A stretch of 27,062 bases of DNA, taken from contig JAABRJ010000423.1 in assembly GCA_011390985.1 (NCBI GenBank), positions 1 through 27,062 of the forward strand. The letters run 5' to 3'. Of this stretch, positions 1-8,124 are shown one piece after another. The notes under the pieces were generated by a model. It was given only the letters and a program-made list of their open reading frames with translations, had not been told where the DNA came from and searched no databases. How positions within the stretch are numbered: the stretch's first letter is position 1; each line of letters begins with the position of its first letter. Source of the stretch: Desulfobacteraceae bacterium. Its GTDB lineage: Bacteria; Desulfobacterota; Desulfobacteria; Desulfobacterales; JAABRJ01. The position numbers were made by a program, and so were the translations under genes.

Positions 1-95
1 CAAAACGCCCTTTGCTCGGCCCGGCCGGTGCCGTACGCACACGGGCCGGCAGCCGCTTGGCTGCGGCGGTTTGCGGCGGCTGTTTTGACCGGGCC

Positions 96-581
96 TCAAT
101 CGTCTTCGTCGCCGGCGGGGAAGTAGGCCATGGAGGTTTTTTTCAGTTCGCGGCGGCTGAAAAGCAGGGTGTATGCCGGCACGCCGGTCGCCGCCGAAAT
201 TCGGCGCGCGGCGTCGCGGCACGCGGCCTCGTCCCTGGCATGGATCATGGTGTAGACGTTGTAGGGCCACTGGGGGGTGGGGTTGCGGTGGTAGCAGTGG
301 GAGACCTCGCCGAAGCCGGCCATCTGGTCCCCGACCGCGTCGATCCGGTCCTCGGCCACCTGCCAGGCCACCATGGCGTTGGCTTCGAATCCGGATTTCT
401 GATGGCGCAAGGTGGCCCCGAAACGGCGGATGACCCCCATGCGGCACAGGATTTTGAGGCGATCCAGGAGCGCTTCTTCGGAGATCTCCAGGCTGCGGGC
501 GATTTCCAGGTAGGGCCGCGCGGTGATCGGGAGGTCGCCCTGGATGGATGCGATGATCTTTTTGTCGAGTTCGGTCAGCAT
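96..581 (-). CDS. ahbB: Siroheme decarboxylase subunit beta (AhbB/NirH-like, Lrp/AsnC fold)
   Basis: N-terminal HTH (LTELDKKIIASIQGDLPI), then GATLRHQKSGFEANAMVAW and VSHCYHRNPTPQWPYNVYTMIH, typical of AhbB. Start moved from 620 to ATG 581 (MLTELD), which matches the family N-terminus. Confidence 0.88.
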   Translation of the reverse strand: MLTELDKKIIASIQGDLPITARPYLEIARSLEISEEALLDRLKILCRMGVIRRFGATLRHQKSGFEANAMVAWQVAEDRIDAVGDQMAGFGEVSHCYHRNPTPQWPYNVYTMIHARDEAACRDAARRISAATGVPAYTLLFSRRELKKTSMAYFPAGDEDD

Positions 582-623
582 GGGGCGATTTAAGAATCTC
601 GGAGTCGAAAAGTCAAGCAAGAT

Positions 624-1733
<1,110 letters not shown>

Positions 1734-1751
1734 GAGGGTATCCTTGCGGGT

Positions 1752-3464
1752 TCAGGTTACAAAAAGGGGCACCGGCTCAAACCGGTTGACGTCGATCAGC
1801 CCCCGGTCGGTGATCTTCAGCTCTGGAATCACCGCAAGGGCCAGAAACGACAGGGTCATAAAGGGATCCTGCAGGCCTGCGCCGAGGTCCCGCGCCGCCC
1901 GCAGCAGCTGGTCCAGGGCGCTTTTGACCGCCTCGACCGGCTCGAGCGACATCAGGCCGGCCACCGGCAGGGGCAATTGCGCGTGGACCCCGCGCTGGCT
2001 GGCGACGACCAGCCCGCCGCCCATCTCGACCAGCGCCGCGAGAGCGGTCTGCATGGCGTGGTCATCGGCGCCGACCACGATCAGGTTGTGTGAATCGTGG
2101 GCCACGCTGGCGGCCAGGGCCCCCTGCTTCAGGCCCAGGCCGCGGACAAAACCGATTCCGGTGCGGCCGGTTCCCGTATGGCGCTCGATCACCGCGATTT
2201 TTAGCAGGTCGCGGTCGGGGTCGGCAACCGCAACGCCGTCCCGGGCGGTAACCCCCACGATCAGCTGGCGGGTGACGATCTGGTCGGGCACGATGGCGAT
2301 CGCCCGCATCCGGTCGCCGAGAATCGGGACCCGCAGATCCACCCGCTCCAGGGCAACGTGCATGCTGGCGGGCACAGCCGCGGCAGCCGGCGCGGGGCGC
2401 GCCAGGGTCATGCGCCCGTTACGGGCCACGACCGCGCCGCGGACATAGACCGTCTCGATCTGCGGGCAGGTCAAATCCGAGAAGACCACCAGGTCGGCCT
2501 GGCGCCCCGGCGCAATGGCGCCCAGGGTTTTCAGGCCGAAGTATTCCGCCGGGTTGAGGGTCGCCATTTGGATGGCGGTCAGGGGGCCGAGCCCCAGGTC
2601 GATCGCCTGGCGCACGATGCTGTCGATGTGACCCTCGCCGAGCAGGTCATGGGGGTGGCGGTCATCGGTGCACCACATCATACGGCGGGCGCTGTGGCGG
2701 TCCACCACTGGCAGCAGCGCGGCCAGATTGCGGGCCGCGCTGCCCTCGCGGATCATGATGTGCATCCCGGCGGCGAGTTTGGCCCGGGCCTCGGCCACCG
2801 TGCTGCATTCATGGTCGCTGGCGATCCCCGCCGCGGCATAGGCGTTGAGGTCCAGCCCGCTCAGCCCCGGTGCGTGGCCGTCGGCCGGTTGGCGGTGGGC
2901 CCGGGCGGCCTCGATTTTGCGCAACACCTCCGGGTCGGCCTGCAGCACCCCGGGGAAGTTCATCATTTCCCCCAGGGCCACGACCCGCTCGTTTTCAAAG
3001 TAAGGGGCCAGCTCCCGGGCGGTCAGGACGGCGCCGGCGGTCTCCATCGGCGTTGCCGGCACGCATGACGGGAGGGTGAAATAAACGTTCAGGGGCTGGT
3101 CGACAGCCGAGCGCAGCATGTATTCGATGCCCCTCAAACCCAGCACATTGGCGATTTCGTGGGGATCGGCGCACACCGTGGTGGTGCCGCAGGGCACCAC
3201 CGCCCGGGCAAATTCGCCCACCACCACCATGGCGCTTTCGATGTGCACATGGGGGTCGATGAAGCCCGGGGCCAGATAGCGGCCCTCCAGGTCAACATAC
3301 CGGCGACCCTTGTAGGGGCCGATCCCCAGGATCGTGCCGGCGCTCACGGCCAGGTCGCCGTGGACGATTTTACCGCCAAAAACGTCGATGATGCGGGCGT
3401 TTTTCAGGACCAGGTCGGCGGCCTGTTCTCCCCGGGCGGACCGGATGATGCTGGCAAGTGTCAT
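1752..3464 (-). CDS. ade: Adenine deaminase
   Basis: 570 aa; PGFIDPHVHIES, DPHEIANV, REGSAARNL, CTDDRHPHD, C-terminal ASVAHDSHN and FMTLSFLALAVIPELKITDRG. Confidence 0.95.
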   Translation of the reverse strand: MTLASIIRSARGEQAADLVLKNARIIDVFGGKIVHGDLAVSAGTILGIGPYKGRRYVDLEGRYLAPGFIDPHVHIESAMVVVGEFARAVVPCGTTTVCADPHEIANVLGLRGIEYMLRSAVDQPLNVYFTLPSCVPATPMETAGAVLTARELAPYFENERVVALGEMMNFPGVLQADPEVLRKIEAARAHRQPADGHAPGLSGLDLNAYAAAGIASDHECSTVAEARAKLAAGMHIMIREGSAARNLAALLPVVDRHSARRMMWCTDDRHPHDLLGEGHIDSIVRQAIDLGLGPLTAIQMATLNPAEYFGLKTLGAIAPGRQADLVVFSDLTCPQIETVYVRGAVVARNGRMTLARPAPAAAAVPASMHVALERVDLRVPILGDRMRAIAIVPDQIVTRQLIVGVTARDGVAVADPDRDLLKIAVIERHTGTGRTGIGFVRGLGLKQGALAASVAHDSHNLIVVGADDHAMQTALAALVEMGGGLVVASQRGVHAQLPLPVAGLMSLEPVEAVKSALDQLLRAARDLGAGLQDPFMTLSFLALAVIPELKITDRGLIDVNRFEPVPLFVT

Positions 3465-3474
3465 GGATGGGTCC

Positions 3475-4800
3475 CTAACTGCCTGTCGAAGGGCGGATTT
3501 TTCGGGCGATGGCCGTCACCTCGCGGCGGATTTCGCCGACATCGAGGCTTTGCAGCCTTCCGTTCGCCACCAGGTGCCGTCCGGCCACGAAAACCTCCCG
3601 GACGTCGTCGCCGCGGGCGGTGTACACCAGGTGCGAGGCCGGGTGGTAGATCGGCACCAGGTGCGGCGCATCGGTTGCGAGAACGGTGATGTCGGCGGCC
3701 TTGCCGAGTTCCAGCGAGCCGCTGACCGCACCGAGGCCGATGGCCTCGGCGCCGCGGATGGTGGCCATCTCGATGACGGTCCGGGCCGCGCAGGCCGTCG
3801 GGTCCCCGCTGCGAACCTTGTGGAGTTTGGCTGCGGTGTCCATTTCGTGAAACAGGTCGAGGTCGTTGTTGCTGGCGCACCCGTCGGTGCCGAGACCCAC
3901 GGTGATCCCGGCCGCCAGGAATTCGGGGACCGGCGCAATGCCGCTGGCCAGCTTCATGTTGCTTTGGGGGTTGTGGGAGATCGCGGCCCCACCGGCGGCG
4001 ATGCGCGCGATGTCGCGCTCGTCGGCCCAGACGCAGTGCACCAGGAGGGTCCCCGGCGTCAGGAGGCCGAGACCGTCCAGGTAGGCGATCGGTGAAACGC
4101 CGTGGCGGGCGCGGCTCTCGTCGCACTCTTGACGGGTTTCAGCGGCGTGGATCTGGAAGAGTGCGCCGAATTCGGCGGCCAGGGCCTTCGCTGCGCGCAG
4201 CGTTTCCGCGCTGCAGGTGTAGGGCGAATGACAGAACACCGCCGGGGAGATCAGCGGCGAGCGCGACCGGCAGTGCGCCAGGAAATCGCGGGCCGCGGTG
4301 ATATTGTCTTTGGGGTCGGGAACGCCCGGTGCCGCAAAATCGATGATCCCCTGCCCCAGGACCGCCCGCATCCCGGAGTCCGCAACGGCCGCGGCCACCT
4401 GGTTTTCGAGGAAATAGCCGTCACAGCAGGTGGTCGTGCCCGACAGGAGCATTTCGGCACACGCCAGGCGGGCGCCCCAGCCCACCGTCGCGGGGCTGAT
4501 ATGCTGCCGCTCCGCCGGGAAAATATGGTCGTGCAGCCATTTTTCCAGGGGCAGGTCGTCGGCCAGGCCGCGGAAAAGCGTCATGGGCAGATGGGTGTGG
4601 GTGTTGACCAGTCCCGGCATGATGATGCCGCCGCGGGCGTCGATGCACACCGCGGCCTGCGGGCGTGCGGCGCCTACGGCGGCCGGGCCCAGCGCGGCGA
4701 TCCGGCTGTTGCGGATCCCGACGAACCCCGGGGAAAAGATGTCAAAGTCGGGGTTGACGGTCAGCACGATGCCGTTGTGAACCAAGGTGTCGTAAGTCAT
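3475..4800 (-). CDS. Amidohydrolase, 5'-methylthioadenosine/S-adenosylhomocysteine/5'-deoxyadenosine deaminase family (distal paralog)
   Basis: Metal ligands NTHTH, HAAE, HCVW, GTDGCASNNDLD; MTLFRGLADDLPLEKWL substrate loop. Exact substrate cannot be determined from sequence alone. Confidence 0.88.
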   Translation of the reverse strand: MTYDTLVHNGIVLTVNPDFDIFSPGFVGIRNSRIAALGPAAVGAARPQAAVCIDARGGIIMPGLVNTHTHLPMTLFRGLADDLPLEKWLHDHIFPAERQHISPATVGWGARLACAEMLLSGTTTCCDGYFLENQVAAAVADSGMRAVLGQGIIDFAAPGVPDPKDNITAARDFLAHCRSRSPLISPAVFCHSPYTCSAETLRAAKALAAEFGALFQIHAAETRQECDESRARHGVSPIAYLDGLGLLTPGTLLVHCVWADERDIARIAAGGAAISHNPQSNMKLASGIAPVPEFLAAGITVGLGTDGCASNNDLDLFHEMDTAAKLHKVRSGDPTACAARTVIEMATIRGAEAIGLGAVSGSLELGKAADITVLATDAPHLVPIYHPASHLVYTARGDDVREVFVAGRHLVANGRLQSLDVGEIRREVTAIARKIRPSTGS

Positions 4801-4860
4801 TAAACGCCTTTTTGGGGTTTCAGCCGGACCCGCCGCCGCTGCGCCATTTAGGGTGCAGGG

Positions 4861-6180
4861 TCAGCGGGATGCGGCCCCGATTTGGGCTGCAATCGCCCGC
4901 ACGTCGGCGGTGATCCGCTCGAGATCCAGGGTCCGGAGTTCGCGCTTTTCCATGACCAAGCGCCCGTTGATGACAACCGTGTCCACGTCGCCGCCCCGCG
5001 CGGCGTACACCAGGTGCGAGGCCGGGTGGTAGAGCGGGGTCAGGTGGGGCTTGCGGCAGTCGATGACGATCAGATCGGCCCGTTTACCGGGTTCCAGGGA
5101 GCCGGTGATCGCATCCAGGCCCAGGGCGCGGGCGCCGTCGATGGTGGCCATTTTCAACACCTGTTCGGCCGGCAGGGCGGTGGGGTCCAGGGTGGCCACC
5201 TTGTGCAGTTTGGCGGCCGTGTCCATTTCCAGAAAGAGATCCAGGTCGTTGTTGCTGGCGCACCCGTCGGTTCCCAGGGCGACGCACAGGCCGGCAGCCA
5301 AGAGCGCCGGGACCGGGGCGATCCCCGAGGCCAGCTTCATGTTGCTCTCCGGATTGTGGGCGATCTTGACATCCGCCGCTTGCAGAAGGGCTATATCCTC
5401 GGGGGTCAGTTGGACGCAGTGGCAGGCCAGCAGGTTGGGGGCCAGGATCCCGAGATGCGCCAGATGGCCCACCGGCGTGCGGCCATAGCGCGACCTGATC
5501 TGGGCCACCTCGCCGGCCGTTTCCGAAAGGTGGGTGACCAGCGGCAGCTGGAGTTCACGGGCCAGATCGGCCGCCCGGCAGAGCAGATCGGGTGCGCACA
5601 GGTAGGGCGAATGGGGCTCGACTGCAACCCCGATCAGGGGGTCGTCGGCCCACCTGGCGGCCATGCGGCGGGTATAGGCCAGCCCGTTTTCCAGGGCGCC
5701 GTAATTGGGCGAAGGAAAGTCAAAGAGCACTTCACCCACCACCGCCCGCAGGCCGGCTGCGTGCGCGGCACGCGCGACGGCCTCCTCGAACAAGTACATG
5801 TCGCAGAAACAGGTGGTTCCCGAAAGGATCATTTCGGCGCAGCCCAGCAGGGCGCCCTTGGTGACCATCTCAGGGGTGAGGCGGGCTTCAGCCGGGAAAA
5901 TGTGGTCGTTCAGCCAGGTCATCAGGGGAAGGTCGTCGGCCAGCCCCCGGAAACAGGTCATGGCGGCATGCGTGTGGGTGTTGACCAGCCCGGGCATGAT
6001 GACGCCGCCGTGGGCATCGATGACCTTTTTTGCCTGGACCCCGGCCAGGCGTTCGGCCGGCGCGGCCGCCAGGATGCGATCGCCGGCAATCGCCACCGCC
6101 CCGTCATTGATCCGGGTGCCGGCGCCGTCCATGGTCAGAACGGTGCCGTGGGTGACCAGAATATCGGCGGCAGGCAGCAT
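4861..6180 (-). CDS. mtaD: Amidohydrolase, 5'-methylthioadenosine/S-adenosylhomocysteine deaminase family (proximal paralog, canonical DMY motif)
   Basis: NTHTH, RGLADDLPLMTWL, CDMYLF, PHSPY, HLSE, HCVQ, GTDGCASNNDLD. Confidence 0.88.
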   Translation of the reverse strand: MLPAADILVTHGTVLTMDGAGTRINDGAVAIAGDRILAAAPAERLAGVQAKKVIDAHGGVIMPGLVNTHTHAAMTCFRGLADDLPLMTWLNDHIFPAEARLTPEMVTKGALLGCAEMILSGTTCFCDMYLFEEAVARAAHAAGLRAVVGEVLFDFPSPNYGALENGLAYTRRMAARWADDPLIGVAVEPHSPYLCAPDLLCRAADLARELQLPLVTHLSETAGEVAQIRSRYGRTPVGHLAHLGILAPNLLACHCVQLTPEDIALLQAADVKIAHNPESNMKLASGIAPVPALLAAGLCVALGTDGCASNNDLDLFLEMDTAAKLHKVATLDPTALPAEQVLKMATIDGARALGLDAITGSLEPGKRADLIVIDCRKPHLTPLYHPASHLVYAARGGDVDTVVINGRLVMEKRELRTLDLERITADVRAIAAQIGAASR

Positions 6181-6224
6181 GCGGATTTTTTCTTTTCGGT
6201 CAAAGGGTTTTTAGGGAGCCGGTC

Positions 6225-7079
6225 TCAGGCACCGGAGAGCTCGGCCGCGATCCCCGCGAAAATTCGGCCCAGGTGCGGCGCCGCCTTTTCGGCCACCGCG
6301 ACGATCGCCTCGACGGTTGCCGGGGCCGGGTGGTCCGGGTCGTTGAGATTCGTGATGGTGGAGACCCCGAGGACCCGTATGCCCCCGTGGACGGCGGTGA
6401 TCGTCTCCTGGATGGTGGACATGCCGACGGCATCGGCTCCGATGGTTTTGAGGAATCGGATTTCAGCGGGGGTTTCCAGCGAAGGCCCTTTGAGGCCGGC
6501 ATAGACCCCGTGGGTCAAAGGGATGCCCGCCGCCGCCGCGGCTTTTCGCGCGGCTGCGGCCAGGACCGGATCGTACACCCGGCTCATGTCCGGAAAGCGG
6601 AGCCCCCAGCGGTCGAAATTGGGTCCGACCAGCGGGTTTTCGCCGGTTAGGTTGATGTGGTCGGTTATCAGCATCAGGTCGCCCGGGCGAAAAGACGGGT
6701 TCAGGCCCCCGGCGGCGTTGGACAGGAGAAGGGTGTCAACTCCCAGGGTCTGAAGCACGCGCACGGGAAAGGCCACCGCCAGCGGGGTGTAGCCTTCGTA
6801 GAGGTGGAAGCGGCCCAGAAGCGCCAGGGTGGGTGTTCCGGCCAGGGTGCCGTATAGCAGGCGGCCGGGGTGGCCTTGAACGGTGGCGGCCGGGAAATGG
6901 GGAATATGACTGTAAGGCAGCGCGGTGGCGACCATCAGGCCGCCGGTCACGGCGCCGAGGCCGGTTCCCGTCATCAACCCCAGGCGGGGGGGGGCGTCCA
7001 AGCGCGCAGCGATAAAGTCGGCGGCCTCCTGAACGTGAAGCTGATAGGGTGCGAACGGTGTTCCGCTCTCTCCTGGCAC
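6225..7079 (-). CDS. Purine nucleoside phosphorylase, trimeric PunA/XapA class (6-oxopurine type)
   Basis: GRFHLYEGY, NAAGGLNP, DHINL, RFPDMS, GPSLETPAE, VGMST, ITN. Start reassigned to GTG at 7079, which follows an AAGGAGG Shine-Dalgarno with a 7-nt spacer; the ORF-track start at 7130 lies inside the promoter. Confidence 0.92.
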   Translation of the reverse strand: MPGESGTPFAPYQLHVQEAADFIAARLDAPPRLGLMTGTGLGAVTGGLMVATALPYSHIPHFPAATVQGHPGRLLYGTLAGTPTLALLGRFHLYEGYTPLAVAFPVRVLQTLGVDTLLLSNAAGGLNPSFRPGDLMLITDHINLTGENPLVGPNFDRWGLRFPDMSRVYDPVLAAAARKAAAAAGIPLTHGVYAGLKGPSLETPAEIRFLKTIGADAVGMSTIQETITAVHGGIRVLGVSTITNLNDPDHPAPATVEAIVAVAEKAAPHLGRIFAGIAAELSGA

Positions 7080-7128
7080 GCGGCGGCCTCCTTGGCGGGC
7101 GGGTTGGCGTGTTTTGAAAACCGGCGGC

Positions 7129-7157
7129 ACTATAATTCATGGCTCCCCAACCGTCAA
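7129..7157 (-). promoter_or_regulatory. Sigma70 promoter of the salvage operon
   Basis: Minus strand TTGACG (7157-7152), 17-nt spacer, TATAGT (7134-7129). The -10 ends about 50 nt upstream of the PNP start. Confidence 0.75.
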
Positions 7158-7226
7158 CCCGACATTCAAGCGGCTGCAGGCGCAACTCCACGGCCCCGGG
7201 CGCCCTGTTTTGCGAAACGCTTGCAA

Positions 7227-7255
7227 TTGACTTTCGACCGGGTTTGTGAAAGATT
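7227..7255 (+). promoter_or_regulatory. Candidate sigma70 promoter for the DRTGG (and possibly rnfB-rseC) transcript
   Basis: TTGACT (7227-7232), 17 nt, then AAGATT preceded by TG (extended -10). The -10 is a weak match. Confidence 0.4.
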
Positions 7256-7267
7256 GCAGCTTCACAA
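7244..7267. promoter_or_regulatory. Perfect inverted repeat TTGTGAA-N10-TTCACAA, candidate operator
   Basis: 7-bp arms at 7244-7250 and 7261-7267, overlapping the -10 and predicted start of the candidate promoter. Confidence 0.5.
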
Positions 7268-7402
7268 TTATGCAATGAATATCCGGCCTTGGGGCAGCGA
7301 TTCGGTTCTCGGGGCGTTTTTTGGGTAGGGCCGCCGATGGCTTAAGTGGCAGCGAAATCATTGCCGTGCCGTTCCCCGTGGAGAAAGTGCAACCCGATTA
7401 CG

Positions 7403-7756
7403 ATGAAAATATCCGAAATCAAAGACATATTAAAGGCTGAAGTGCTGGCCGGTGAAGATCATCTGGACGATGTGGTGGTGGGCGGCGGCGCCGCCGATCT
7501 GATGGAGGATGTTCTCGCGGCGGTTGCCAAGGGCGCCGTTCTGCTGACGGGATTGAATTCGCATCAGGTTATCCGGACCGCCAAAATCGCCGGAGTGGGC
7601 GCCGTTGTTTTTGTCCGCGGCAAAAAACCGGCCAGCGACCTGATTGCGCTTGCCCAAGAATTCCATCTGCCGCTGCTGCTGACGAGCCACACGCTGTTTG
7701 TCTCCTGTGGGCGGCTCTACATGAACGGCCTGCGGGGCTTGGACGGTTCCTGGTAA
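7403..7756 (+). CDS. Stand-alone DRTGG-domain protein
   Basis: MKISEIKDILKAEVL, AADLMEDVL, VLLTGL, VIRTAKIAG, VVFVRGK pattern. Start set at ATG 7403. Confidence 0.82.
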   Translation: MKISEIKDILKAEVLAGEDHLDDVVVGGGAADLMEDVLAAVAKGAVLLTGLNSHQVIRTAKIAGVGAVVFVRGKKPASDLIALAQEFHLPLLLTSHTLFVSCGRLYMNGLRGLDGSW

Positions 7757-8124
7757 CCGTCCAAGATGGCGGAAGCTGCCAAATCGACCGGCCCGCAAGT
7801 CTGCAATTGAAAATGAGCGTCAACTTTGGTAAGCGTCCTTACGCATGCCAAGAAATCGGCGATGCTTGGGGCGGACCGCCGTCGCCGTTTTCAGAAATGA
7901 CCGAAGCGGTTCGTTTGGAGGAGATCAGCGCGAGCTGGAAAGCGCATCGCGGCCCGCCGCATTTTCTGGAGGACCGTGCCGTCGCCTTCCTGAACATTTA
8001 ATCCTTGGCGGCCGTTAAGGCTGCTTCGCGCACCGTCGCTTGTCCGGTCGGGCGGTTTCCGTCCGAGGCCGGGAAGGGCCTGCGCGGGTGGTCGCCGGTC
8101 ACGCTGCAAAGGGGAGAGTGCATT

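Noticed and set aside
7080-7130. ORF-track N-terminal extensions (PNP 7130, RnfB 8005, recN 13381, radical SAM 15436, TPR 17719, SH3 17259, ahbB 620)
   Set aside because: Downstream starts match family N-termini and most have better Shine-Dalgarno sequences; the extensions cover promoters or upstream genes.
7131-7136. Perfect TATAAT on the plus strand
   Set aside because: No -35 at 16-18 nt; the same bases are explained by the minus-strand TTGACG-17-TATAGT promoter.
7807-8001. 64-aa TTG-start ORF between DRTGG and the RnfB fusion
   Set aside because: No RBS, no motif and atypical composition; cannot be supported without homology data.
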